From positions 1 through 45,841 of IMG/VR virus record IMGVR_UViG_3300005614_000017: 45,841 nucleotides of DNA. The stretch is one strand, 5' to 3'. The translations under genes were made by a program, and so were the position numbers. Of the stretch, positions 10,009-20,415 are shown one piece after another (the first letter of the stretch is position 1; each line of letters starts with the position of its first letter). The DNA comes from a virus. The notes below the pieces were generated by a model. It was not told the DNA's origin. It searched no databases and was given only the letters and a program-made list of their open reading frames with translations.

Positions 10009-11079
10009 ATGTCGATCGATTTTTGCGACAATTTTACCGTTTATGGCGGTAATACCGCATTCCTGACGAACGGCATGTATGCATCCGCCGTCGAGCAGGC
10101 GACTGTCGTCTTTGCTTTGAGCGTCGATCCTGACGGCCTGTCCGGAGGTCGCGTTCTACACTGGCAGAGCCCGACAGATAACGGCGTAAATGTATTTTGC
10201 CGTTGCGTACTCGATACCCCTCATGAAAAAGTCGGTATGGCTCTTCGCCAATGGCTTTCGCAATTGCCTTTCAGCGGCGTTCGGCCGGCGCCGATGTCCT
10301 GGCGCGATGCCTCAAACAATCGTCTCGCTTTTGTGAGCGTTTCGACGACGGGCCAGCTCATGTTTACCAACGTCGGTTCCGGCGTGACATATACGACTGT
10401 TGGTCCCGTCATTTCGGCGAATGGCTGGTGGCATATCGAAGCGATGATCGATGTTTCGGACGGCTCTTTTGACGTGCGTGTCGAAGGACTTTCTGTCCTT
10501 TCCGGCACGGGTGAAAATTTCGGAGCTAATCCTGTTGCGCAGACGGCATTCGAGCAGATTGGCGGCGGTGGCGGATGGGATGTTTTTATCAAGGATTTTG
10601 TGCGCTGGAACGGAGACGGCGCGCACAACAACGATTTCCTCGGGACGGTGATTGTCGCTCTTCTCAATCCGACTGCCGACGTCGCCCTGAATTGGACGCC
10701 GACACCGGGCGGCAGCGCAGGCGCCATGATCTTGTCGAATATTCCTCCGCAGGACGGCGTGCAGTATATCGACGCACCGAACCCGCCACCGGCCGCTTAC
10801 GTAGCTTCTATGTCGGATCTTTCTCCTGACGTGACTAGCGTAAAGGCTGTCATGACGATGGTGCGCGCGCAAAAGCTTGACGGCGGCGATGCCAGTTTGC
10901 AAACGGGTATTATTTCCTCGCCTCTCGCGGCGCCGGCAACGGTCCTGGGAGCCAATCGCCCGATTACGGTTGCGCCAACATACTGGCACGATATTTTCGA
11001 GACAGACCCCAAGACGGGCGCCCCCTGGCTTCCGAGCGCCGTGAACGCGGCTAACATGCAAATCAACAGGACGACCTAA
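10009..11079 (+). CDS. Hypothetical tail/virion protein
   Basis: 356-aa ORF with AAGGGGAAATATCATG RBS context, in the structural block. Confidence 0.6.
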   Translation: MSIDFCDNFTVYGGNTAFLTNGMYASAVEQATVVFALSVDPDGLSGGRVLHWQSPTDNGVNVFCRCVLDTPHEKVGMALRQWLSQLPFSGVRPAPMSWRDASNNRLAFVSVSTTGQLMFTNVGSGVTYTTVGPVISANGWWHIEAMIDVSDGSFDVRVEGLSVLSGTGENFGANPVAQTAFEQIGGGGGWDVFIKDFVRWNGDGAHNNDFLGTVIVALLNPTADVALNWTPTPGGSAGAMILSNIPPQDGVQYIDAPNPPPAAYVASMSDLSPDVTSVKAVMTMVRAQKLDGGDASLQTGIISSPLAAPATVLGANRPITVAPTYWHDIFETDPKTGAPWLPSAVNAANMQINRTT

Positions 11080-11080
11080 T

Positions 11081-11926
11081 ATGGCCGTTTCAGTAGGCAT
11101 CAATGCGGACCAAGGTTTTATCCTTGCGACCGTCCATCAATCGGCCGAACATGCGCATGTCGGTCAATTTTTTGCGCTTGCGCCGTTCAATGTTCCTTCG
11201 AAGAATGTAGCAGCGACACAAGCCGTATTTTCCATGACTGTGCGCTCGATCCATTCTGTTCGTGCGACACAGGCAAGTCAGTTTGTTGTCTGCAAAGGGC
11301 GCACGCAAAATCCGAATATTCGCGTATTTACATTCACGCTCGATGGACATGATTTTTATGTCCTTCGTCTCGGTGACACTGAAACGCTCATTTACGACGT
11401 TTATTCGCAGCAATGGATTGAATGGACGTCGAAGGATCTTCCGTTCTGGCGCGCGAACGTTGGCTGCAATTGGATCGGCGCACAGCAGCTTGCCTATCAA
11501 TACGGCTCTGACGTCGTTGTCGGTGACGATGTATGGGGGCTGCTTTATTTTCTGTCGCCAGAGCAGCCATACGACGACAGTCCTGATTATCTGAACCCTG
11601 CGCAACAGCTCGAATTTGAGCGTATTGTCATGGGGCAGATCATGGCAAACGGCCGGGAAGCTTTTCCTTGCTATGTCATGTTTTTGAGCGGGGATAATTA
11701 TGGCTTTTCTGCAAATGATTTTACGCCTTTCGTTCGTCTCGATTATTCTGACGATCAAGGCCAGAATTTCGACAGTGCCGATACAATCACTGCGCAGCCG
11801 GATACCGACGATTTCGACTATCGCTGGTATTCTCTTGGTCAAATCACAAATCCGGGCCGCCTTTTCCGTATCGTCGATAACGGAATTCTGACCCGGATTG
11901 ACAGTTTGCAGATGAACGATGAGTGA
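11081..11926 (+). CDS. Hypothetical tail/virion protein
   Basis: 281-aa ORF starting 1 nt after the previous stop. Confidence 0.6.
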   Translation: MAVSVGINADQGFILATVHQSAEHAHVGQFFALAPFNVPSKNVAATQAVFSMTVRSIHSVRATQASQFVVCKGRTQNPNIRVFTFTLDGHDFYVLRLGDTETLIYDVYSQQWIEWTSKDLPFWRANVGCNWIGAQQLAYQYGSDVVVGDDVWGLLYFLSPEQPYDDSPDYLNPAQQLEFERIVMGQIMANGREAFPCYVMFLSGDNYGFSANDFTPFVRLDYSDDQGQNFDSADTITAQPDTDDFDYRWYSLGQITNPGRLFRIVDNGILTRIDSLQMNDE

Positions 11927-12863
11927 CGACCGCTCCAATATCTCGCCGCTGCCGAGTAATCAGAAAATCGTCAACAACGATGGTACGCCGACGCTGTTCA
12001 TGATGCGTTGGGCGCAGCAGCGTTCGATTGATATTTCCCAAGGTATTACAGTCGAGCAGGCGACGGCCTTGATCGATCAATGGGCCGCGAACAGAAAAAT
12101 TAATACGACGACCGGCGAGTTAACTGGCGGCGGCGATCTCTCGGCCGATCTCACCCTTGGCCTTGCCGATACTGCCGTCGCCCCAGGCAGCTACACGAAT
12201 GCGAATATTACGGTCGACCAGAAAGGTCGCGTGACGGCAGCAGCGAACGGCTCTGGCGGTGGCGGCGGCGCGCCTTGGTGGCTGCAACCTCCTGCTGCTG
12301 CGAGTTTGTCGCTGGAAAGCGGCGTCGCGACGCAGCTCACGCTTGCCGACGATACTGATGCGGGTTTGTTGATTGATGGCGGCGCAGCGTCTGGAAGTGA
12401 TAATATTCGTGGAGCATATCGGACGCTTACGACGCCAACGGGAGATTGGGATTTTAAGGTTCGTCTGGACGTTATTTTAACGACGGCTAACTTTTCGTAT
12501 TTTGGGCTCTATATACATGACGGAATTGGCGGACGTATTGTTACGTTCAAGCAAGACAACACGCAAGCAGTTACGAATGATCGATTTAATAGCCTTAATA
12601 GCTTCTCAGGAGGCGCTACCGTAGGATATCAGCTATTTAATCGACCTATTCAATGGTTTCGTCTTACTAAAGTTGGTGGAAATATATCATATTATCTTAG
12701 TGCGGAAGGTAAGCAATGGGCACTGTTCGGCACTGAATCGATTACAGCATTTCTTGCAAATCCGCCCAACCGCGTAGGTATATTTTTCGGATATAACCGT
12801 TCGGGTACGCCAAATCTCGTAGGCTCCTGCCCGTATTTTTCGTTGACGGGTTCTGCCGTCTAA
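11919..12863 (+). CDS. Tail fibre / receptor-binding protein with a compositionally distinct C-terminal domain
   Basis: It overlaps the upstream gene by 8 nt. It carries a fibre-type motif ([43 protein letters not shown]). The C-terminal ~150 aa look like a jelly-roll/lectin fold and are encoded by DNA of about 37-47% GC. Confidence 0.6.
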   Translation: MSDDRSNISPLPSNQKIVNNDGTPTLFMMRWAQQRSIDISQGITVEQATALIDQWAANRKINTTTGELTGGGDLSADLTLGLADTAVAPGSYTNANITVDQKGRVTAAANGSGGGGGAPWWLQPPAAASLSLESGVATQLTLADDTDAGLLIDGGAASGSDNIRGAYRTLTTPTGDWDFKVRLDVILTTANFSYFGLYIHDGIGGRIVTFKQDNTQAVTNDRFNSLNSFSGGATVGYQLFNRPIQWFRLTKVGGNISYYLSAEGKQWALFGTESITAFLANPPNRVGIFFGYNRSGTPNLVGSCPYFSLTGSAV

Positions 12864-12866
12864 GCC

Positions 12867-12894
12867 TTGACACGCCCTTCTGATTTCCGATAAA
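12867..12894 (+). promoter_or_regulatory. Candidate sigma70-type promoter (TTGACA-N16-GATAAA)
   Basis: TTGACA at 12867-12872 and GATAAA at 12889-12894, in the 112-nt gap after the fibre gene. Confidence 0.35.
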
Positions 12895-12975
12895 CCCTCG
12901 ACCAGCTCCCGCCGCCTGTGTGCGCCAATCCTATAGCCCCGCCGGGAATGCAGGGCATCCAGGGTTCAAAAGGCC

Positions 12976-13371
12976 ATGCAGGGGCAGGATTTCATCATTT
13001 CAGCGATCGACAATAGTCCGCTTAATCGCGGCATGTCAGGCGCTGCTATTCTCGACGATCCTGAAAATCATGTGATCGTCAGCGGTGAGGATATCTCACT
13101 ATTCGTAGGTGACGGATCAACGTCCTACGAAGTCCACTTCATCTATAAATCAAAAGGTCGTGAGGCGATTAAGGCGTCTCGCGCCGCTCTTGGTGAAATG
13201 TTCAAAGACGGTCTTGCCGACCTGATCTTTGGCCTTACGCCTTTGCATCTGCGCCACGCCCGAATGCATGCCAGACTAATCGGCGGCCGGAGCGGTGGCA
13301 TCCGTCAAACTGATAATGGGCCATGCGAACTGTTTGTCATGTCTCGCGAAATGTGGAAAGGTTCAAACTGA
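12976..13371 (+). CDS. Hypothetical protein, possibly N4 gp49 / Sf6 gp66-family-like
   Basis: 131-aa ORF. The segment GREAIKASRAALGEMF...IFGLTPLHLRHARMHARLIGG recalls that family from memory only. The RBS is weak. Confidence 0.45.
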   Translation: MQGQDFIISAIDNSPLNRGMSGAAILDDPENHVIVSGEDISLFVGDGSTSYEVHFIYKSKGREAIKASRAALGEMFKDGLADLIFGLTPLHLRHARMHARLIGGRSGGIRQTDNGPCELFVMSREMWKGSN

Positions 13372-14054
13372 TGTCGTTCCTGTCGCCGAAGCCGGCAAAG
13401 TCGTCCTCGACGTCTGGCAACGTCAATAACGCCTATATTAAATCTGCTTATGGCGGCCAGATCGGTCAAGGAACCGGCGCAAATAATATCCTGTCAACTC
13501 TACTGACGGGTCAAGGCGACACGGCGGGCGCGCAACAGGGCTATAACAATTATCTACAGAACGCCGGCTATGCTGGCGCGATGAAGCAATTGTCCCAAAA
13601 TCTGACAGGTCAGGGAGCTGCGTCGGGTCTTCTCAATTCGGGATCGACGACCAAGGCGCTGGGCAATTACGGTACGCAACTCAACAGCCAATATTACAAC
13701 AACTATCTGCAGCAGCTTTCCGGCCTGTCCGGGCTCGGGCTCCAGGCTGGCGGCCTCGTCGCCAATACCGGGCAGACGTCGAATAGCACTAGCTCAGGTG
13801 CGAGCCCGTCCACCCTTGGCTCGATCGCATCGACTGTGGGCGGCATCGCCTCGATCTTTTCCGACCGTCGACTTAAGACGGCAATCCGGAAGCTCGGAGA
13901 ATTTACAGACGGGCTCGGAAAATATTCCTTCCGCTACAAGTGGGGCGGCCCACGATACGTTGGGGTCATGGCCGATGAAGTGGCGAAACTCCGTCCGTGG
14001 GCGCTCGGGCCTGTCGTCGACGGTTTCGCGACCGTGAATTACGGAGCGCTGTAA
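13371..14054 (+). CDS. Q/N/G/S-rich protein with C-terminal S74-type intramolecular chaperone (auto-cleaving) domain
   Basis: ATG at 13371 shares one nucleotide with the upstream TGA stop (CTGATG). The hallmark motif is SIFSDRRLKTAIRKL, followed by YSFRYKWGGPRYVGVMADEV. Confidence 0.7.
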   Translation: MSFLSPKPAKSSSTSGNVNNAYIKSAYGGQIGQGTGANNILSTLLTGQGDTAGAQQGYNNYLQNAGYAGAMKQLSQNLTGQGAASGLLNSGSTTKALGNYGTQLNSQYYNNYLQQLSGLSGLGLQAGGLVANTGQTSNSTSSGASPSTLGSIASTVGGIASIFSDRRLKTAIRKLGEFTDGLGKYSFRYKWGGPRYVGVMADEVAKLRPWALGPVVDGFATVNYGAL

Positions 14055-14055
14055 T

Positions 14056-15558
14056 ATGGCTAGCAGCTTCGATCAGCTTTTTCCGTCCCTCGCCAATCCG
14101 GGAAATCTCGGCACGGCTCCCTACGATCCAGCACAGAGCGCATATTCACTTGGCATGCCGCAACAGCAGAATACAACCAACGTTCTGCAGACGCTTAATT
14201 CCGATATGGGCAATATGCAGCCTTCGCCGGCCGTGCAGGCTCCCGACGCCAGCGGTGGTAATTATCTGCAGCCGCAACAGCTCCCCGACGAGAGTGCGCC
14301 GGGCGGTAATATGCCTCGCAAGCGTTTGTCGCTGGTCGACACGATTGGCCGGATCTCTGACGTCTTGGCGAATGTAGGCGGCGCTCCGCAGCAATATCAG
14401 CCGTATCTTGATCAGCGCGTCAAGACTGCACAGGATCAGCAGGCCAGCGCGCTCGACAATCAGGCGAAGCAGGCCGATATTCGCCAGACGGGCGTCGCTA
14501 CCCAGGTCGCGCAGAACGGCATTGTCGGACAGTTTGCCAACGGTGTGAAAGCGGCAATCGCGGGCGGTGCTGATCCGCATCAAGCAATTGCGGCGACTGC
14601 GCAGGCCCTGAATGTGCCTCCGAACGTGGCGGCACTGTTCGGACAGCAGTACGATAAAAATCCGGCAATTCTGGACGCTTTTTCAGCGACGGACCCGAAC
14701 AAGGAAATTTACGGCACTCAGCCGATTTGGTTCACAGATCCGGCCACAGGGAAACAAGTCCTCGGGCAAGTCTCGAACAAGGGAAATTTCAAGCAAGTCG
14801 ATAGCGGTGGCCTCACGCCGGCTGACACGATCAAGACGGATAATTACGGCAACGTCTTGGTGACGCGAGGCGCCCATAGCGCTGCGCCGATCACAAGCCG
14901 TGTTATTCAGGGCAAGCTTGGCATGGATGAAGTCGCGACTGGCACGGACGCCAATGGCTCGCCGACGAAAGTTGCCGCCCTTCCCGGATCGACAGGCGCA
15001 CTCAATCAGCAGAAAACGCAAGGTGAGATTGCGAAAAATGCCGCACAGACGGCAGCGATTGATGCAAAAACTAACGGACCGAAATTGACTAAGGATGCGA
15101 CAAGCGCGCTTCGTTCTCTCGACAATATCGAGGCCGGATTTTCCGATCTTGATAAAATGCATGCGCTCGCCGGGCAGGACTTCGGTCTCGGCCGCACTGC
15201 GCTTGGTAATGAAGTCGGCGCATATTTCGGAAACTCTGCAGCGCAGAAACGGCTGGAAATCGCCAAGAATGTCAATTTGCTGCAGCAACAGCTTCTTAAA
15301 GCTCTTCCGGCAAGTGCAACTCGTTCGGTGACGGAGCAAAAAATTCTTTCGGCGAGCTTGCCTGATCCGAATAAGATGACGCTCAGCACAGCTCGCACGG
15401 TCATTAATCAGCTTCGGCAGGATTTCCTTGCCGGCGTTCAAGCAGCGGACGCTCCGCAAGCTGTGCCTGGGCAAGCTTCGCCGCGAACGATCAAGGCACC
15501 CGCTCAACCGCCCGTGGCTACAGTGCCTGGCGGCTGGAAAATTTCGGTGGTGAAATAA
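14056..15558 (+). CDS. Putative internal virion / ejection protein
   Basis: 500-aa Q/A-rich ORF between the S74 protein and the SLT protein. The assignment is by position. Confidence 0.55.
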   Translation: MASSFDQLFPSLANPGNLGTAPYDPAQSAYSLGMPQQQNTTNVLQTLNSDMGNMQPSPAVQAPDASGGNYLQPQQLPDESAPGGNMPRKRLSLVDTIGRISDVLANVGGAPQQYQPYLDQRVKTAQDQQASALDNQAKQADIRQTGVATQVAQNGIVGQFANGVKAAIAGGADPHQAIAATAQALNVPPNVAALFGQQYDKNPAILDAFSATDPNKEIYGTQPIWFTDPATGKQVLGQVSNKGNFKQVDSGGLTPADTIKTDNYGNVLVTRGAHSAAPITSRVIQGKLGMDEVATGTDANGSPTKVAALPGSTGALNQQKTQGEIAKNAAQTAAIDAKTNGPKLTKDATSALRSLDNIEAGFSDLDKMHALAGQDFGLGRTALGNEVGAYFGNSAAQKRLEIAKNVNLLQQQLLKALPASATRSVTEQKILSASLPDPNKMTLSTARTVINQLRQDFLAGVQAADAPQAVPGQASPRTIKAPAQPPVATVPGGWKISVVK

Positions 15559-15559
15559 A

Positions 15560-18454
15560 ATGCCAAAGTATCGCATTCAGACGCCAGACGGAAAAACTTT
15601 GCTGTATGACGTGCCGGACGGCGTAACTGCCGCCCAGGCCCTTGCGCATGCGCAGCAAAATTATAAGCCGCCGATGACGTCGGCAACCCGAAAAACTCCG
15701 GCAGTTCCTGTGCAAACTCGGCAGCAGGGCGTGCAGCAAGCAGCGCGTAATGCGCAGCCGGCACAGGACGGCGGCTTCTTCTCTGGCCTCAAGGATTTTG
15801 CTGCGTCTGCAGAAGCCGGCGCCAGTAAGGCACTTTACGGCATTCCCGATCGCGTCAAGGCTGCGCTGGACTATTACGGGCCGAAAGTCGGCGTCACGCC
15901 ACAAATGGCTCAACAGGGCTATGGCACGGAAAATTTCGGCAAAGGCAAAAGCTATCAAGATCAGCTCGCACTTGAACGGGCTGCAACGAATCAGCAGGCC
16001 AATCGCAGCGTTGCGGGTAATGTCCTCGGCACTGTCGCTTCCTCGATCGCGTCGGGCAGTGCGGAAGCTGCAGGCCTGAAAGCGGCCGGAGCCCGTCTTG
16101 CTGCGTCGAGCGGAAAAGTTGCACGCGGGGCCGGAAACGTGTTGCAGGCTTTGACGGATTTCAAGCGCGGGCAACCTGTAAGAAATGTCGGACGTGCTGC
16201 AGTCGTCGGCGGCGCGACAGGCGCGGCGCAGGCGGCAGGGCAGGGCGAAAGCCCGACTGTCGGCGCAGTGGCAGGCGCGGCAACGGCAGGCACTTTGCAA
16301 GGCCTCGGCACGGCTGCGAAGAAATTTCTTGTGCAGCCTGCAGCCGATATTCTTGGCCTTTCCAATGCCGGAAGCTATCTCAAGCGCTTCACGAACGCGA
16401 CGACGGCACAAATGCAGCAGCGTTTGGATGCTTTTCGTCAGCAGACGGGCGCAGAGCCTACGCTGTTCGAGCTGCTTCCGCTTGCTGACCGCAATAAACT
16501 GATTTCGAACACGGTTGCCGGCCGCGACCCTATCGTCGATCAGGTATCGAACGCGATCAAGGCGCGTGGGGCGAATGTCGGGCCGGAAATGCAGGATGTC
16601 GTCAACGCTGCGACAGGTCCGCAGAAAATTTTGACGCAACGTCAAATGGTGCGGGATCTTGCGACGGCGCGAGGCGGTGCGAACAGTCAACCTGTCGGGG
16701 ATCGCGGGGACGCCGCTTTGGCTTATCGCGCCTCGAACAGTCCGACCGATATGCAGACGTTTCGTCGAACGGAAGCCAATCTTATTATGGCGCCGCATGA
16801 CAATGCGCCCGTGGTGGATAATCTTGACGATCTTCTACCGCAGCATCCTGTCGCCAATACCGCGCCGGCCCGGCAAGTCCCTGTGACGAACCCGGAAACC
16901 GGACAGCCTTTGCTCGATCAGAATAATCAGCCCGTCATGCGGACTATTCCGGGCCAGACGACTTATTCCATGACGGAAAGTGATCCGGAAGTTTCGGCCG
17001 CTATTCGTTCGGTGAGCGGTTCGCTGCGTCGACGCCTGCAGGACGGTCAGCCGATCACCGTACAAGACGTGACAAATATGATTTCCGATCTTGGCGACGA
17101 TGCAGCGAAGGGCGGCATTGACGGCCGGAACGCAGCCAATGCGATCGACCATTTGACGGGCGTGCTGCAGCAGAACGTGCCGGACGCTGCCGATGCGGCT
17201 GCACGGATGCGACAGGCTTTTGCAGCGCGATCGCGCATGATTGAAGGAATGCAGGCAGGCAATAAGGGCGCACTGCGCGATGACATCCAAGTCGGCACCA
17301 ATCAGCGCCAGGGGCAGCTTGTGCGCAATGCGTTCGATAGCGAGGAAGGCGTTGCCGGTCGTCAGGTTGGGCAAACGAATGCCTTGAATTCGGATCTCTC
17401 GACGACACCCAACAAGGCTCTCGCGACCACAATCGACATTGCCCGCGGAGGCCAGCCTGCACTTGCTGAAAATCTCGGGCAAAATGCGGCTGACCAGATT
17501 TCTCAGGCGGCTGGTGCACAGGCGAACAGCGCAGAAGCGTTGACGTCTGCCATGCGCTCGGCACAGAGCGGCCAAGGTAATGCCCTTTCTCCGGAAGATC
17601 TTGCTGGTGGCCTCTTGGCCTTGAGCCCCCATACTTTCGCCACGACGAAAGCGAAATTTATTAAAAATCTAGCTAACCATGTTTTTTTACCTGAAAATAA
17701 GGCAAGTCAGCTTGCGGATATGCTTTTTTCGCAAGATCCTCGCCAGACGCAGCTTGCAGTAAATTTGCTCAATCGCACGGACCAAGGCAAAGGGCTTCTG
17801 CAGTCGCTGAATATCGGGAATATCGTCGCGCCTCAACTGGCGCCGGATGCCTCTCCGCAGCCTGAGTTGCAGCAGGGTTCGGCACCGACTGAAACGCTCG
17901 GAATTCCGCCACAAACGGATGATTCGCAGCAGGGTTCGGCACCGCCCCAGGAACCGCAATCTGTGACGCCCGCGAGTGGCTATACGCTAATGTCGGCGCC
18001 CGGACCGGTCGATCCGTCGCAATCGCAATATATGCCGGCTCTGCAGCATATTTACGATAATGACGATCCGCAATTTCTGGATTTCGTCAACAAGCATCAA
18101 CAGCAGGAAAGCGGCGGAAAGCAATTTGGCAAAGACGGACAGCCGATACGGTCGAAAGCCGGTGCAGTCGGCATCATGCAGCTTATGCCGGCGACGGCGA
18201 AGGAAGCGGCGGCGCGTGCTGGCGTCCCTTATGACCCGATCGCTCTGGAATATGATCCGGCCTATAATAAGTTGCTCGGGACCGTGCATGTCGCGCATCT
18301 GCTGAATAAGTATGGCGGCGATACACAGAAGGCGTCGGCGGCTTATAATGCCGGCGAAGGCGCTGTGGATCGAGCGCTCGACGCCAACGGAAATCTTGTT
18401 ATGGGTGCATTGCCGGCAGAGACGCAGGGCTATGTGCCGAACGTGGCCGGATAA
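15560..18454 (+). CDS. Large internal virion protein with C-terminal lytic transglycosylase (SLT) domain
   Basis: 964 aa. The C-terminus has QQESGGKQF...AGAVGIMQLMPATAKEAA...AAYNAGEGAV, matching the SLT E-S / GxMQ / YNAG motifs. Confidence 0.8.
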   Translation: MPKYRIQTPDGKTLLYDVPDGVTAAQALAHAQQNYKPPMTSATRKTPAVPVQTRQQGVQQAARNAQPAQDGGFFSGLKDFAASAEAGASKALYGIPDRVKAALDYYGPKVGVTPQMAQQGYGTENFGKGKSYQDQLALERAATNQQANRSVAGNVLGTVASSIASGSAEAAGLKAAGARLAASSGKVARGAGNVLQALTDFKRGQPVRNVGRAAVVGGATGAAQAAGQGESPTVGAVAGAATAGTLQGLGTAAKKFLVQPAADILGLSNAGSYLKRFTNATTAQMQQRLDAFRQQTGAEPTLFELLPLADRNKLISNTVAGRDPIVDQVSNAIKARGANVGPEMQDVVNAATGPQKILTQRQMVRDLATARGGANSQPVGDRGDAALAYRASNSPTDMQTFRRTEANLIMAPHDNAPVVDNLDDLLPQHPVANTAPARQVPVTNPETGQPLLDQNNQPVMRTIPGQTTYSMTESDPEVSAAIRSVSGSLRRRLQDGQPITVQDVTNMISDLGDDAAKGGIDGRNAANAIDHLTGVLQQNVPDAADAAARMRQAFAARSRMIEGMQAGNKGALRDDIQVGTNQRQGQLVRNAFDSEEGVAGRQVGQTNALNSDLSTTPNKALATTIDIARGGQPALAENLGQNAADQISQAAGAQANSAEALTSAMRSAQSGQGNALSPEDLAGGLLALSPHTFATTKAKFIKNLANHVFLPENKASQLADMLFSQDPRQTQLAVNLLNRTDQGKGLLQSLNIGNIVAPQLAPDASPQPELQQGSAPTETLGIPPQTDDSQQGSAPPQEPQSVTPASGYTLMSAPGPVDPSQSQYMPALQHIYDNDDPQFLDFVNKHQQQESGGKQFGKDGQPIRSKAGAVGIMQLMPATAKEAAARAGVPYDPIALEYDPAYNKLLGTVHVAHLLNKYGGDTQKASAAYNAGEGAVDRALDANGNLVMGALPAETQGYVPNVAG

Positions 18455-18467
18455 GAAAGGAGTTGAC

Positions 18468-18635
18468 ATGAATTTTTGTGCACTGATCGCTGCTGCCATT
18501 CAGCAGGCGCCGACGCCGGAAATCGCTGCGACGCTGCAGACGATCCATGACGAGGCTTGCCCGAAAGGCAGTACTGTCGAGCCGCAGTCTGGCGGTGGCG
18601 GCGGCAATACTCCGCCGACCGGAGGTCACGGCTAA
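18468..18635 (+). CDS. Small hypothetical protein (55 aa)
   Basis: ATG at 18468 is preceded by AAAGGAG; the track start at 18312 overlaps the SLT gene. Confidence 0.45.
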   Translation: MNFCALIAAAIQQAPTPEIAATLQTIHDEACPKGSTVEPQSGGGGGNTPPTGGHG

Positions 18636-19169
18636 ATGATCCCGGCTTGGACTGCCCTTATTGCTTGTGTCGTTGTGCTTGTCTCAGCGGCCTTTGATGC
18701 ACAGGAAGAACGTAAGCGCGTTTTTCCTGCATCGATAGCTCTTGCGCTCAACTGGATTTGGTTTCAGTCTGCGTTTTGGGGGCAGTTCAAGCCGGCTCAA
18801 CTCATATTCGACGCCTTTAAAACAAGCGTCGATCCGATCGAGCTTTGGGGAGCGGGAGACGCCATTACGGCGATTTACGTTTTTACCAAAGCGCATGATC
18901 GTATGTGGGGGATCAGTCTCGTCGCTCTCTACATAGTCCAAATCGTCCTACATGCGACCTATGAGGTAGGGATATTCGACTATCCTCTCTATAACGGATG
19001 GCTCGACTTTACCTTTATAGTCGAAGTTGCGTGCTTATTCGCCGGGAGTAACGGGTGTGGACAGGCATCCAATATTATTCGCTGCTTGTCTTATCGCCTT
19101 AATTTTGGCGGGGTGCTGCGCATGGGCGATACTCATCAATCGCCTTACGCAGTGGACAACACGCAATGA
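18636..19169 (+). CDS. Polytopic membrane protein (holin or accessory membrane protein candidate)
   Basis: 177 aa with several hydrophobic segments (WTALIACVVVLVSAAF; IALALNWIWFQSAFW; ISLVALYIVQIVL; FTFIVEVACLFAG). Confidence 0.55.
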   Translation: MIPAWTALIACVVVLVSAAFDAQEERKRVFPASIALALNWIWFQSAFWGQFKPAQLIFDAFKTSVDPIELWGAGDAITAIYVFTKAHDRMWGISLVALYIVQIVLHATYEVGIFDYPLYNGWLDFTFIVEVACLFAGSNGCGQASNIIRCLSYRLNFGGVLRMGDTHQSPYAVDNTQ

Positions 19170-19648
19170 CGACGCTTGCCGACCTGATCAAGCTTGTCCC
19201 GTTTGTGGCAGTGTCGAGTGCGATCACATGGGGCGCCTCGCTCTATCGATTTCGCATGACGCAAAATGAAAAACGAACAGAAAAAACTGACAGGCTGGAA
19301 ATTCACCGCGATAAGCTAACGTTCGAGCTTCTCGAAAATGCACGTACCGAAGCAGCAATTCTCCGATCAGAATTGGACGAGCTGCGCAAAGAGACGAACA
19401 CGCTCCGGAAACTCGAACGGCATTTTTACCATTTCCAGCAATCGCTTGATCATTTGGAAGCTTTGTTGACAGCAACGACGCCGGAGGTTCGGGCGGATGC
19501 GGAACGTAACGCCCGCGCTTTCCTCAATAGAATGCGTCGCATAAACGAAGCGGAAGGGACGATCGCGAACGAAGTGCAGCGCGCGCAATCCGCAACGGAA
19601 TTGGGAATAACTGTTTTTAAGGGGCCAGACGATGTTCACGAAATTTAA
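19166..19648 (+). CDS. Membrane-anchored coiled-coil protein
   Basis: ATGA overlap with the upstream gene. An N-terminal TM segment (LVPFVAVSSAITWGASLY) is followed by a charged helical region. Confidence 0.55.
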   Translation: MTTLADLIKLVPFVAVSSAITWGASLYRFRMTQNEKRTEKTDRLEIHRDKLTFELLENARTEAAILRSELDELRKETNTLRKLERHFYHFQQSLDHLEALLTATTPEVRADAERNARAFLNRMRRINEAEGTIANEVQRAQSATELGITVFKGPDDVHEI

Positions 19649-19907
19649 GGATTGGGCGGACACGAAATTCGTTCCGTCCTGGCGCATGTGGTGGAAGCTC
19701 TGGACCATGCACCTTGGCGTCCTGGCGGCAGCGCTCGCGACCTATCTCACGGCTGTCCCGAACGCCATGCGGGATGCGCTCGATTCACTGCCGCCGTTCC
19801 TGCGCGATAGCATTCCGGCGTGGATCGGGCCGCTGCTGTTCGTGCTGCTATTCGTGGCGCGCTTCTGGAACCAGACGAAAGGGAATGAGCATGACGGACG
19901 GCCCTGA
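19632..19907 (+). CDS. Holin/pinholin candidate
   Basis: 91 aa with two hydrophobic helices and a charged C-terminus. It lies immediately upstream of, and overlaps, the SAR endolysin gene. Confidence 0.45.
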   Translation: MFTKFKDWADTKFVPSWRMWWKLWTMHLGVLAAALATYLTAVPNAMRDALDSLPPFLRDSIPAWIGPLLFVLLFVARFWNQTKGNEHDGRP

Positions 19908-20415
19908 AATCGTCGTGACGGCACCCAAGCCGGCCGGGATCAAGCATGTTGCTGGCGGCGGCGCTGCAGCAGCTGTCATTGCCCTGGTGCTCGCCGTGGC
20001 GGCGCTCAAGCCCGACGAAGGAAAAGACAATGTCACGTACCTCGATCTGGCCGCCCTACCGACATACTGCTACGGTCATATGGATCGTAGCGCCAAAGTC
20101 GGAACTTTTCATTCGGATCGGGAATGTGACAGTCTACTTTCTGTAGACGCCAAAGAAAAGCTCGACGCCGTGCAGGCTTGTGTCCCGCAAATTGCCGGCA
20201 ATGCCTACGTCCTCGCGGCATCAACGCGCTTGGCCTTCAACATCGGCGCTCCAAAATTTTGCAGCTCGTCGATTGCAAGAAATTTCCGGGCTGGAAATCT
20301 TCGCGCCGGCTGCAACGGTTTTCCGGCTTGGCGGCTTGTTAATGGAAAAGTCATTCAAGGCCTCGTCAATCGCCGCAAGCGTGAGATGGCGCAATGCCTG
20401 CAAGGAGTTTCGTGA
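19891..20415 (+). CDS. SAR endolysin, T4/P21-type lysozyme (GH24)
   Basis: The catalytic spacing E-x8-D-x5-T is read directly in DEGKDNVTYLDLAALPTYCYGH. An N-terminal G/A-rich signal-anchor (VAGGGAAAAVIALVLAVAAL) is present. Start is ATG 19891 (GGGA 6 nt upstream) or 19885. Confidence 0.85.
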   Translation: MTDGPEIVVTAPKPAGIKHVAGGGAAAAVIALVLAVAALKPDEGKDNVTYLDLAALPTYCYGHMDRSAKVGTFHSDRECDSLLSVDAKEKLDAVQACVPQIAGNAYVLAASTRLAFNIGAPKFCSSSIARNFRAGNLRAGCNGFPAWRLVNGKVIQGLVNRRKREMAQCLQGVS

